The notes under the pieces: model-generated
The model's database searches: none
What the model saw: only the letters and a program-made list of their open reading frames with translations
Told to the model about the DNA's origin: nothing
Assembly (NCBI RefSeq): GCF_000012805.1
Contig: NC_007484.1
Coordinates: 1,800,001 to 1,832,000, forward strand
Length of the DNA stretch: 32,000 nt
Source: Nitrosococcus oceani ATCC 19707
Lineage (GTDB): Bacteria > Pseudomonadota > Gammaproteobacteria > Nitrosococcales > Nitrosococcaceae
Direction of reading: 5' to 3'
Position numbers and translations under genes: made by a program
In this document: positions 1 to 8,813 of the stretch, one piece after another
Position numbering within the stretch: position 1 is the first letter of the stretch
How the letters are laid out: each line of letters begins with the position of its first letter

Positions 1-1029
1 CATGGTGGATTGGATATATTCTGGGTCCGTGCCAATTTCCTCTAGGGGAATGACCAGGTTAGGGTAACTTTCGTTTTCACCATAGGTGCCATGGCAGCGA
101 GCACAGTGGGTTTCGAACACGGTTTGGCCCTGTTTAGCCCGTGCCTGGTCAATGGGGAAAGGATAGACAGGGGGTTCAAGAGAAGCAATATAGGCGCGAA
201 TATCGGGAGCATAGGAGTCAATTACTTTCGCTTCTTCCACTGAGTCCGTGCAGAAGGTAGAGGCCAGAATCATCATCCGGGCATGATCGCCCCGACCCTC
301 GGCCGAGTAAAACATGGCATGTTTTTTCTCCATCCGCCACCAGGGGGGGACACTTAAGGGGACGGGCTCTTTGGGTGGGGGTTCTATCAGGGGTTCTTGG
401 GACCAGGCGAGGGTTTCCGGATCCCGGTGGGCAAAAAGGGCCCAGGTCAGGTTAACCGCTGGATTAGCGCCGATGACCTCGGTTTTCATATAGGGGGCAA
501 TGGCTGCGATTCGATCGGCCCATTTACGCCATGCGGCCGTTTCTTTTTCTCCCTGGACATAAACGCCCATGCGCTCGGCGGAAGCCGCAGGATCGCCGGT
601 AAAGTCCGCCGCTTCGTTGCCTAGACCCACAATAAGCTCACCATTGAAGACTCCGCCATGACAGGTGAGGCAATTGCCAACCACCAGTTCAGTCCCGTCC
701 TCTTTTTGGTAGTAGGTTTGGTTGTAGGGCAGTTTGGCATTAGGCTCCTCTCGTCCAGGGAGTGCGTATTCGGGAGGGCGGTCCAGATCGCTTTTCTTAT
801 AAGCATCATAGGGAATGCCACAGGTCACATAAGCCTTATTGATGATGGCATCGTAGCCCGCTTCCGGATCGCCCTGCCGTTGGGGTTCAGGCGGAACAAA
901 GCCGGTAGAAGCCGTTTTAATGGTCGAGGATGACTCGGGTTTAGATTCCTCACCTGATCCGCAGGCAGTCAATAAAAAAACCAAACCGACTGTGGCCCAT
1001 GGCCGGTAAATACGATTTTTAAGCTGCAC
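1..1029 (-). CDS. c-type cytochrome lipoprotein with two CxxCH haem-binding motifs; the C-terminus runs off the left edge
   Basis: Manual reverse translation from 1074 down to 1 gives one uninterrupted frame. It is absent from the ORF track because it has no stop inside the window. The frame shows a lipobox (WATVGLVFLLTAC), CLTCH at 672..658 and CARCH at 105..91. An ATG at 1074 is possible. A GTG at 1029, preceded by a GGGGGA Shine-Dalgarno-like sequence, gives a normal 23-aa lipoprotein signal peptide, so I prefer it. Confidence 0.8.
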   Translation of the reverse strand, partial: MQLKNRIYRPWATVGLVFLLTACGSGEESKPESSSTIKTASTGFVPPEPQRQGDPEAGYDAIINKAYVTCGIPYDAYKKSDLDRPPEYALPGREEPNAKLPYNQTYYQKEDGTELVVGNCLTCHGGVFNGELIVGLGNEAADFTGDPAASAERMGVYVQGEKETAAWRKWADRIAAIAPYMKTEVIGANPAVNLTWALFAHRDPETLAWSQEPLIEPPPKEPVPLSVPPWWRMEKKHAMFYSAEGRGDHARMMILASTFCTDSVEEAKVIDSYAPDIRAYIASLEPPVYPFPIDQARAKQGQTVFETHCARCHGTYGENESYPNLVIPLEEIGTDPEYIQSTM

Positions 1030-1092
1030 TTGCTTTCCCCCGATGCTGTATGGAAATACATGAGATTTAATCATAGCAAAAATTTGGCGTTT

Positions 1093-2250
1093 TTATGCTC
1101 CGTAGCCGATCAATTCCACATAACCTTGCCCTTTTATCTTTTTCCCTTTCTCTTGACCTCTGACCTGCACTAACCCGCCCCAGTAGCGGAGTAAAAGATT
1201 GAGTTCCTGATTCGCCACAGCAGGGGTCAGGCGAAGGTCAATACCTTGGGCAGGGAGGTGAAACCGCCAGCGGGCGGGGTATGGGGTCCCATCCTTGGGA
1301 CTTTCCCAGTAGTCTAATATTTCAATGGTGAGCGCTTCGGAGTCGAAGGATTGGATTTTACCTGCTCGATCCACCAAAAATCCGCTATTAATAGGTGTAC
1401 CACTGCCATCCCGCCGACGGAGTCGAAAAATCAGCAGTTCCCGGCCATCATCTAGCTGTAGCAGAAAACGATCCCAAACTACCGGCCCGGCAGGTACGGG
1501 TACCGCTCCCCAAGCCCGATCTAGCCAGGCTAAACCTTTTACGGGGTAGATCTGATTACCTCGCTGGATTGTGCCCTGGGCCCCTAGACGCGTGAATTGA
1601 TAGCTGTAAAAGACACCGGCCTGTCCGGAGGAATCGTTGTTAGGAAGGAGAGGCGGTTTAAGGTTGCGTAAAGTCAAGTCGATACTCGCGCCATCGGCGG
1701 TCGCCCGCAGGCGGAAATTGGCGTTTTCTTCTCCCAGAGCCTGGATGCGCCAATTTTCTACCCATACCTGGGTAGGCGAGGAGTCAGCTCCGCTCAGCCC
1801 TAGGGCAGCCCGGCTGAAACGCTCAAAGGCGCGAAAACGCCCTTGATTGACGTCGGTCAGGGCAAAATGGCCACGATAAATCTCCTTGGCCCCCCAAGCT
1901 GAAGGACGAGGGGGCGCTTCCGGAGGCTTCAGGCCCACCCGGAAAAAACTGAGCTGGAAGCCAAAATGCGCTTCCTGTTCCGAGGCCAGATGACCCGTGA
2001 AATGCCAGGACTCCGTCCGGTAGCGGGAGTGGGCACCGTGATCCTGGGGGAAGGAAAATGACCAGGGGGCCTCTACTCGGGCAAATCCTTCCTGCTCGCC
2101 TAGCAGCTCCGCTAAGGGAATCCCTCCCTGGGGCTCCAATGCCGGTTCGTTGCTTTGCAACCACTGAAGGCTACCGATTCCTATCGCGATGAGCGCCAGT
2201 AGCCAAAAGAGGTGAGTTTTCCTTGGAAACATAAGGTTTTCCCTAAGCAT
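1093..2250 (-). CDS. secreted or anchored AttH/CrtC-like (hydroxyneurosporene-synthase-like, lipocalin-fold) protein
   Basis: 385-aa ORF with an N-terminal hydrophobic segment (LFWLLALIAIGIGSL). Motifs ESWHFTGHL, GLAWLDRAWG and LLRYWGG resemble the AttH/CrtC family as I remember it; no search was run. The start could instead be the second Met at 2232. Confidence 0.65.
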   Translation of the reverse strand: MLRENLMFPRKTHLFWLLALIAIGIGSLQWLQSNEPALEPQGGIPLAELLGEQEGFARVEAPWSFSFPQDHGAHSRYRTESWHFTGHLASEQEAHFGFQLSFFRVGLKPPEAPPRPSAWGAKEIYRGHFALTDVNQGRFRAFERFSRAALGLSGADSSPTQVWVENWRIQALGEENANFRLRATADGASIDLTLRNLKPPLLPNNDSSGQAGVFYSYQFTRLGAQGTIQRGNQIYPVKGLAWLDRAWGAVPVPAGPVVWDRFLLQLDDGRELLIFRLRRRDGSGTPINSGFLVDRAGKIQSFDSEALTIEILDYWESPKDGTPYPARWRFHLPAQGIDLRLTPAVANQELNLLLRYWGGLVQVRGQEKGKKIKGQGYVELIGYGA

Positions 2251-2290
2251 TTTAAATACTAGCCGATTAAACCATAACTACAAGGTTTTT

Positions 2291-3209
2291 ATGAAAGCGA
2301 GGTATTCAATGTCTAGAGTTAGGGTTTATTTACTGGTTTTGATTTTTTTTGGCTTTGCTTTAAGCGCTGCTGCCGGAGAGAATTTTGAAAAACAGCGCTC
2401 CCCAGCGCTGGAAAATTCGGCGTTATTCCCCCTTCTGGAAGGGCTTTTGCGGGAGAAATCGGGACTTCCTTTGAATAGCAAACAACATTCCTCTCCCGCA
2501 AAAGAAGCGATGCTTAAATCGGAGTCGGTCGCGTCCCGCCTGGAACCTGCTCCTCCGCCAGAAGTGATCGTGGAAGGGATTATCGTCCGTTTCCAGTCTC
2601 CTGACATTCAAGCCCTGGCCCAGGCCAACTTGCCGCCCCCTGAAGCGGTGATTGCTGAACTGGAGGCCGCCCTGGGAGAAGAACTGGTATTCCATGGGGC
2701 CATGGTCAATGAGGCCCATGTGTTCCGCTTTCTGACTCCCAAGGAGAGCAGGGCGGTTACTCCCCTGCTCCAGCGCGCCGAGAATCTTCCCAGCATTGAG
2801 TGGATTGAGGCGGATACTCGGGTGGAACCTCAGTCTTCATCGAATGATCCCTTCTTCAGTTCCCAATGGAATCTAATGGGTGAGAAGGAAGGTTTTGCCG
2901 GAGGCATTGAGGCTGCTTTATACGGCAAGCCCGGAAGATTGCGCTTATCTTAAATCGCTCAACCCGGCCAATGTGTATGCCCCGGATAAGTGGACCTACG
3001 AGGGAATTGCCTTCTATGCCAAACTCCCCATTAATGGCGTTTGTCCTGACGCTTCCGTTCCCGTTTACCGGGTTTATAATAATCGCTGGCGGGAAAACGA
3101 TTCCAACCATCGCTTTGTCACCTCAGTCAGGGAGTATCAGGCCATGACGGCAAAAGGCTGGGTAGGAGAAGGGGTCGCCTTATGCGCGGCTTTTGGGGGT
3201 GGAGATTAG
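2291..3209 (+). pseudogene. subtilisin-like (S8) serine protease remnant: signal peptide and propeptide joined out of frame to a C-terminal module, with the catalytic domain missing
   Basis: ORF 2291..2953 has a signal peptide (VYLLVLIFFGFALSAAAGE) and a propeptide-like region. It ends in IEWIEADTRVEP..NDPFFSSQWNLMGEKEGFAGGIEAA, the motif that normally sits just before the catalytic Asp block of subtilases. The frame breaks near 2920. ORF 2880..3209 in another frame carries ..VPVYRVYNNRWRENDSNHRFVTSVREYQAMTAKGWVGEGVALCA, a C-terminal accessory-type module. No D/H/S catalytic blocks are present. Confidence 0.55.
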
Positions 3210-3276
3210 CGGAACTTTTTGCGTCCCGTTCATTTCTCCACCCCACCCTGAGTCCGCTTGTGGCGGGAAGGCGGAT

Positions 3277-3486
3277 TCAGGCTTCCTTCTTCTCTTCTGG
3301 GTTCTCTTTATTTTTTTCGTCGTTTCTCCATTGTTCATAGCATTCCAGGCCGCAAAACCAGCGCACATATTCCTCCGCTTCAGCGCTTTGGGCTTCTGAT
3401 TGTGGAATTTCTTTCAGGCAAACATCGCAGTTGAGTTTGGGTTCGCTAGAAAATATCCGTGGATCGCGTTCATGGGAGTCAGTCAT
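3277..3486 (-). CDS. small zinc-ribbon protein, DUF3330-like
   Basis: 69-aa ORF with the pattern CDVCLKEIPQSEA...EEYVRWFCGLECYEQW, i.e. CxxC...CGxxC, followed by an acidic/lysine-rich tail. The pattern matches my memory of DUF3330 proteins, which are often found in transposon-associated loci. Confidence 0.55.
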   Translation of the reverse strand: MTDSHERDPRIFSSEPKLNCDVCLKEIPQSEAQSAEAEEYVRWFCGLECYEQWRNDEKNKENPEEKKEA

Positions 3487-3567
3487 GGCGTTGATTCCTC
3501 AATTAAGCGCATATTTAAAGTATGAATAAAAATAGCCTATCTTAAGTTTTTTTCCAAAATTACTTCT

Positions 3568-4249
3568 CTAGTATAGGTCAGTACTTGCCTTCAAAGTTCC
3601 TGGGTTCCCCAAATTCTGGCCCGTGTAGTATAGGAATTTGCGTTCGAATGTTTGCTCAATAGGATTGAAGTCAGGTGAGTATGGCGGCAAGGGGATCACA
3701 TCTTTCTTGCGCCCTGATGCATGGTGACGCTGCGCCATCATTAAATGGGTTCTTCTCCGTCTCTTGCCGGAAACAAGGCCGAGTATCTTTTGACCTTTGG
3801 CAACCCCTCCGGCATTACAGTTGCAATGGGCATCAAAGCCTGTCTCATCCATGTCAATCAGGTTTTTAAAGCCCATCATGCGATATTCGGCGCTGAGCTT
3901 TTCGCAGAACGCCTGCCTTTTCATAGTACAGCGCTCGCTATACCCGCGCTCTTTTTTTTACGATGCGCATCGCCTTTAAAGCGCGGCTAATGGAACTCGT
4001 ATGTACACCAAACACTTCTGCACGTTCATGAAGAAACATATCAGGGTGATCCTCGACATGTTTCTTAAGCGCAGCCTTATCAAGTTTACGATTGCGAAAA
4101 CCATGTTTCTTAGGCTGCAAATCATCAGTATTCAGCCAACGATAAAGGGTATTGCGGGAAAAACCAAAAAGGCGGGATGCCTCAACCTTGCTGCCACCAC
4201 TATTTATGTACGAGATTGCGGCTTCTCTCAGATCAAGCGAATAAGTCAT
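3568..4249 (-). mobile_element. degenerate IS630-family transposase remnant (frameshifted and internally deleted)
   Basis: ORF 3938..4249 is the HTH N-terminus (SRLFGFSRNTLYRWL...). ORF 3568..3924 carries the DDE-region motifs IDMDETGFD and LPPYSPDFNPIE, but only about 10 aa separate the GKRRRRT block from PPYSPD, where about 70-80 aa including the second catalytic Asp are expected. The two ORFs are offset by a frameshift at an A8 run (T8 on the + strand, 3952..3959). I could not identify terminal inverted repeats. Confidence 0.8.
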
Positions 4250-4273
4250 GAAAAATTATAGTATGTAACCTTA

Positions 4274-4627
4274 TTAACGCAAATTACTATAAAAAGCGGC
4301 CCGAGCGGGAGCCGCCCATTCCTTGGTGGCTATTAAAGTACACAATCCCGAGCCTCCGACTTCATATAGATAAAAGCGAAGCATCTGTATGGGCTCGCCT
4401 TCCAAAGCGCCAATCCCGCAGGCCAGGGAATCCGATACGCGAATCTTAAGCTGTTGGCGGGCTGCTTCCGAGAGGTCTTGGTAAGAGGACCGGCTAATAA
4501 ACTCAGCCATTTGTTCAACCTGTGTCGTCAATATAAATCCTGGTTTAGGGTTATGTTTGATAACTTGATGCAGTATGGCATAGTTGTTATAAGGTAGCAT
4601 TATTTTAACTTTACTCATAAAAAGCAT
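4274..4627 (-). pseudogene. N-terminal stub (about 85 aa) of an MmgE/PrpD-family (2-methylcitrate dehydratase-like) gene, truncated next to the IS630 remnant
   Basis: The segment QMAEFISRSSYQDLSEAARQQLKIRVSDSLACGIGALEGEPIQMLRFYLYEVGGSGLCTLIATKEWAAPARAAFYSN follows the typical PrpD/MmgE N-terminal pattern (fi...y.dlp......k..ilD.lgc.iga). The ORF stops at 4274, 25 bp from the IS remnant. Intact family members are about 450 aa. Confidence 0.55.
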
Positions 4628-4786
4628 AGAAAATACTGCACTAGATTGCCAGCAGTGGTAACGTGAAAATCAGAATTTAATCTGTTAGCAGGGAATAGAA
4701 CTGGAGTATGGCAGGGGGTGCTGCCGGGAGCGCACATTAAATAAAGAAAATAAAGATGCCCATGGGGGCGATTAGCATCTTCTAGC

Positions 4787-4806
4787 GGCCGCTTTGGCGG
4801 CCTTTT
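4787..4806 (+). terminator. orphan terminator-like hairpin GGCCGC-tttg-GCGGCC followed by TTTT; preceded by a second hairpin at 4753..4781
   Basis: Perfect 6-bp GC stem with a 4-nt loop and then TTTT, read directly. The upstream hairpin is AAGATGC-15 nt-GCATCTT. There is no + strand gene upstream that it could terminate. It lies 34 nt before the GH15 start codon. Confidence 0.35.
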
Positions 4807-4839
4807 GATAATTAGAATTTAAGCGGGATATATTACCCT

Positions 4840-6678
4840 ATGGCTTACCAACCTATTGAAAATTATGGAATGATTGGCGACCTGCGGACAGCCGCGTTAG
4901 TGGGGATTAATGGCTCCATTGATTGGCTCTGTATCCCCCATTTTGACTCTCCCAGCGTTTTTGCGGCGCTGCTTGATGATAAGAAAGGCGGTCGGTTTCA
5001 AGTTGCACCGATAGATAATGGGGCCAAGTGCAAACAGTTTTATTGGCCTGAAACCAATGTGCTGGTGACCCGTTTCCTGGCCCCGGAGGGGGCCATTGAA
5101 GTGACTGATTTTATGCCAGTGAGCAAGGCCGTCGCTGGTGAACCTCATTTCCATCAGTTAGTTCGCCGCGTTACTGCGGTTCGGGGCCGCAGCCGATTAC
5201 GATTAACCTGCCATCCCGCCTTTAATTTTGCCCGTGATGAACATACCACGGCATTGGTGGACAATGGCGCTGAGTTTTATTCGAAAGACTTAAATTTGGC
5301 CTTATCGGCGAGAATTCCCCTGCAACGAAAGGGGGAGGGGGTCGAGGCGGAGTTTACCTTAAACCAGGGTGAAACAGCTGTTTTTATTTTGCATCAAATC
5401 ACTGCTGAATCCCGCTGCGCCCCTTGTCTTTCCGTCGCTGAAGCGGAAGCAAGCTTTCGGCAGACAGTGCTCTATTGGAGACAGTGGCTGGGTAAATGCA
5501 CTTATCAAGGGCGCTGGCGTGAAATGGTGTACCGTTCTGCCTTGGCGCTTAAGCTTTTAACCTTTGAACCTAGCGGGGCTATTATCGCAGCCCCGACTTG
5601 TAGCCTGCCCGAGGATTTGGGAGGAGTGCGCAACTGGGATTATCGCTATACTTGGATTCGAGACTCTGCTTTTACTGTCTATGCTCTGCTGAGAATCGGG
5701 TTTACCGAGGAAGCGGAGCGTTTCATGCAATTTATCGAGAGCCTCTGCCCCGCAGTGGCCACGGAGCGCCCCTTGCAGATCATGTATCGGATAGATGGGG
5801 GTCGCGATATTCCCGAGGAAATTCTCGATCATATGGAAGGCTATCGTGGTTCCCGGCCGGTTCGGGTCGGTAATGCCGCCTATCGTCAACTTCAGTTGGA
5901 TATCTATGGGGAGTTGATGGATGCAGTCTACCTTCATAATAAATATGGCGCGCCAATTTCCCATGATTTGTGGGTCCGTTTACGGCGGTTGGTTGATTGG
6001 GTTTGTGAGAATTGGCAACAGCCGGATGCCGGGATCTGGGAAGTTCGTGGGGGACATAAGCATTTCGTGTACTCCAAGCTCATGTGCTGGGTTGCCATAG
6101 ATCGGGCGCTACGCCTAGCCCATCAACGATCCTTTCCAGCCGATCGGGGTCATTGGCTTAAGGTGCGTGACCAGATTTATCTGGATATTATGGAAAAGGG
6201 CTGGCACCCTGAACGTCAAGCCTTTGTCCAGCATTACGAGAGCGGAGCGTTGGATGCGGCTAATCTGACCCTGCCTTTAATGCAGTTTCTCTCTCCCACT
6301 GACCCCCGGATGCTAAAAACCCTGGATGCTATCCTTAAGCCCCCCGAGTTAGGCGGTCTAGTATCCAACAGCTTGGTGTTCCGTTATAACCTGGGCGAAA
6401 CCGAAGATGGGCTGGAAGGAGATGAAGGGACTTTCAATATTTGCACTTTCTGGCTAGTGGAAGCCCTCACCCGCGCCGGGCGTCATCATCCACCCCGGCT
6501 TGAGGAAGCCCGCTTGATATTCGAGCGCATGCTGGGCTATGCCAATCACCTTGGCCTATATGCTGAAGAAACGGGTTATAGTGGTGAAGCCCTTGGCAAT
6601 TTTCCCCAGGCGTTTACCCATTTAGCGTTGATCACCGCGGCATTTAATTTGGATCAGACGTTAGATTCCCGGCATTAG
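4840..6678 (+). CDS. glycoside hydrolase family 15 protein (glucoamylase/trehalase-type)
   Basis: 612-aa ORF. The N-terminus [44 protein letters not shown] is the hallmark of bacterial GH15 proteins. Further family blocks are [15 protein letters not shown] and LYAEE near the C-terminus. Confidence 0.9.
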   Translation: MAYQPIENYGMIGDLRTAALVGINGSIDWLCIPHFDSPSVFAALLDDKKGGRFQVAPIDNGAKCKQFYWPETNVLVTRFLAPEGAIEVTDFMPVSKAVAGEPHFHQLVRRVTAVRGRSRLRLTCHPAFNFARDEHTTALVDNGAEFYSKDLNLALSARIPLQRKGEGVEAEFTLNQGETAVFILHQITAESRCAPCLSVAEAEASFRQTVLYWRQWLGKCTYQGRWREMVYRSALALKLLTFEPSGAIIAAPTCSLPEDLGGVRNWDYRYTWIRDSAFTVYALLRIGFTEEAERFMQFIESLCPAVATERPLQIMYRIDGGRDIPEEILDHMEGYRGSRPVRVGNAAYRQLQLDIYGELMDAVYLHNKYGAPISHDLWVRLRRLVDWVCENWQQPDAGIWEVRGGHKHFVYSKLMCWVAIDRALRLAHQRSFPADRGHWLKVRDQIYLDIMEKGWHPERQAFVQHYESGALDAANLTLPLMQFLSPTDPRMLKTLDAILKPPELGGLVSNSLVFRYNLGETEDGLEGDEGTFNICTFWLVEALTRAGRHHPPRLEEARLIFERMLGYANHLGLYAEETGYSGEALGNFPQAFTHLALITAAFNLDQTLDSRH

Positions 6679-6805
6679 GCAGGATGCTCCGATTTGCAGA
6701 GTTTGAATGAGATTCCCTGCTTGGTTCAGGCTCGCCAGAGAAATGATATTATTTAAATGCTCTTGAGCATGAGAGCGATTTTAGAAAGGAAAATCAGGCA
6801 ATTTT

Positions 6806-8731
6806 ATGTGGTCCGAAAAAATCATTGAGGGACTGGTGGGTCCCCAGCTTATCAATGACTCTAAAACCCCTTCCGGCAGGGTGCATGTGGGCTCCTTGCG
6901 GGGCGTTTTGATTCACGATGCTCTCTATCGCGCATTGCGGGATAAGGGTACAGAAGCAACGTATCAGTATGGTATTGATGATTACGATCCCCTAGACGGT
7001 CTTCCTGCCGACGCCGCCCCTTCCTTGCAGGAATACATGGGCCACCCCCTTTGTAACATACCGGCTCCTGCTGGTTCCAATGCCACGGATTTAGCGGATC
7101 ATTACATCTCCGAATTCTTAGCTATTTTTCCAGAACTTGGGGTTGATGCTCAAGTGTATAGGATGCGGGATATCTATCGCTCGGGACGGTTTAATCAAGC
7201 TGTTGACGCCATTTTGGAAAAATCCGATGTGGTCCGCAAGATTTATGCGGAAGTCAGCCATGCGGCCCGGCCTGAGGATTGGTATCCGTTCCAAGTGATT
7301 TGTGAGAACTGCGGCAAGATCGGTACTACGATAGTAACGGCTTACGATGGCAAGGAAGTGACTTACCATTGTAAAGCAGATTTAGTGAGCTGGGCTCAGG
7401 GGTGCGGGTACCAGGGAAAAGTCTCTCCCTTTGATGGTCGTGGCAAGTTGCCGTGGAAGCTGGAATGGACGGCAAAATGGCATACCTTTGGGATTACTAT
7501 AGAAGGCGCTGGCAAGGATCATTGTACTAAAGGCGGTTCCCGTGATGTGGCTGCCCGTTGCCTGAAGGAAATTTTTGGTGATTCGCCGCCGCTGAATGTG
7601 CCTTATGAGTTCTTTCTGGTCAGCGGGGCTAAAATGAGTTCTTCCAAGGGGGTGGGTATGGCAGCCAAGGAGATAGCCCATTTTCTTCCGCCCGAGATAC
7701 TTAGATTTCTAATAGTGCGGACTCCACCCAAAAGAACGGTCAATTTTTCCACGGATTTTGAGTATATCGTCAGGTTGTTCAATGAACATGATCGGCTGGT
7801 CCAGAAAGCGCAACTGGAACAGGCCCATTCTGAGAAAAAAATGCTGCGGATGATCGAAGTCGATCCGGTTTCCACTGCCTATCATCCCGTCGGATTTCAA
7901 TTATTGATCGCTTTGCTGCAATTACCCCATATTGATGTGGAACATGAAATTCAAAAAAGGACCGAGGGGGGATTGACTGAGCAAGATAAAGAAAATCTAA
8001 AAAAACGATTATCGGCGGCGACTTATTGGCTCGATAACTATGCCTCGGAGGAAGATCGGATAGAACTTCAGGCGAATCTGCCTGCTGCAGCAGCCGAATT
8101 AAGTCATTCCCAGCGGGCTTTCTTGCATCTTTTGGGGGAGAAATTTCCCAAGGAATCACAAGAAGAAGAAGCCTATCAAAAGCTTATTTTTGATATTGCC
8201 CGGCTAACGCCTATTGACCAGAAAAGCGCTTTCGCGGCTATTTACCGAGTCTTACTTGATCAGCTGCAAGGACCGAAAGGCGGCGCGTTATTTGTGTATC
8301 TTGACAGGGAATTCTTAGTTCAGCGATTTTTGGAAGTCAATTTTTCCCGAGATGCCTTTTGGCATGAAAGCGGGATATCGGCAAAAGAATGCGAGGATTG
8401 GTTGAGCAAACATAGGGGGCAAATTTTGAGTACGAAAGCCGAATATAGGGTAAATGCCTTAATCTCCGCGATGGATGCGCCAGATATTTCGGGAGAGATA
8501 AGGGGAAAGGGCGTCATTGAACTCCAGGTGATGCTAACGGATAAAAAAACGTATAGGCTGCGTGTGTTGCTTAGGAATTTTAAGGGCGAGGAGAGCACGT
8601 TAGACTCAGCAGTCGCCTCCCTTGAAGCCCAAGGAGAAGGTTTTCTTGATGAAATGACCCGGCTTTTCGGGATTAGCATAGAAACCGCCGTAAAGCCCAT
8701 AGTATATAGAGAATATGCGGATAGAGCATGA
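6806..8731 (+). CDS. lysK: lysine--tRNA ligase, class I, with an extra C-terminal extension of about 115 aa
   Basis: 641-aa ORF with TPSGRVHVGSLRG (the HIGH-type motif of class I LysRS), GAKMSSSKG (KMSKS motif) and a CxxC..C..C zinc-like block (CENCGK...HC). The canonical family fold appears to end near ..GPKGGALFVYLDREFLVQRFLEV, around residue 525. Confidence 0.9.
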   Translation: MWSEKIIEGLVGPQLINDSKTPSGRVHVGSLRGVLIHDALYRALRDKGTEATYQYGIDDYDPLDGLPADAAPSLQEYMGHPLCNIPAPAGSNATDLADHYISEFLAIFPELGVDAQVYRMRDIYRSGRFNQAVDAILEKSDVVRKIYAEVSHAARPEDWYPFQVICENCGKIGTTIVTAYDGKEVTYHCKADLVSWAQGCGYQGKVSPFDGRGKLPWKLEWTAKWHTFGITIEGAGKDHCTKGGSRDVAARCLKEIFGDSPPLNVPYEFFLVSGAKMSSSKGVGMAAKEIAHFLPPEILRFLIVRTPPKRTVNFSTDFEYIVRLFNEHDRLVQKAQLEQAHSEKKMLRMIEVDPVSTAYHPVGFQLLIALLQLPHIDVEHEIQKRTEGGLTEQDKENLKKRLSAATYWLDNYASEEDRIELQANLPAAAAELSHSQRAFLHLLGEKFPKESQEEEAYQKLIFDIARLTPIDQKSAFAAIYRVLLDQLQGPKGGALFVYLDREFLVQRFLEVNFSRDAFWHESGISAKECEDWLSKHRGQILSTKAEYRVNALISAMDAPDISGEIRGKGVIELQVMLTDKKTYRLRVLLRNFKGEESTLDSAVASLEAQGEGFLDEMTRLFGISIETAVKPIVYREYADRA

Positions 8732-8813
8732 CGGTTTTCTCGATTCCTCTTTACTAAGAGGAAACGTAAAGATTATTCGCTTACGGGTGATTTCTTTGTT
8801 AGTGAGCATTTGA

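Noticed and set aside
397-933. The + strand ORFs 397..624 and 658..933 and the - strand ORF 621..821.
   Set aside because: They lie inside or antisense to the long uninterrupted cytochrome c frame, which has clear CxxCH and lipobox motifs. They show no motifs of their own and have skewed, low-complexity composition.
1325-2164. ORFs 1325..1549, 1395..1595, 1637..1846 and 1823..2164, which overlap the AttH-like gene.
   Set aside because: These are shadow or alternative-frame ORFs within a 385-aa gene that has family motifs. They are rich in Arg/Ser/Pro, as expected for out-of-frame reading of moderately GC-rich coding DNA.
3540-4290. An attempt to define terminal inverted repeats and a TA target duplication for the IS630 remnant.
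   Set aside because: I found only short direct similarities (AAATTACT at about 3558 and about 4272) and no convincing inverted repeats, so the element boundaries are left undefined.
5485-5500. A sigma-54-like match, TGGCTG-ggtaa-ATGCA, on the + strand.
   Set aside because: It lies in the middle of the GH15 coding sequence with no downstream gene start to serve, so it is most likely a chance match.
5557-8700. Antisense ORFs of 100-135 aa (5557..5964, 7382..7681, 7779..8159, 8320..8700) opposite GH15 and lysK.
   Set aside because: They are opposite strongly supported genes and have no recognisable motifs, RBS or signal. They are typical shadow ORFs.
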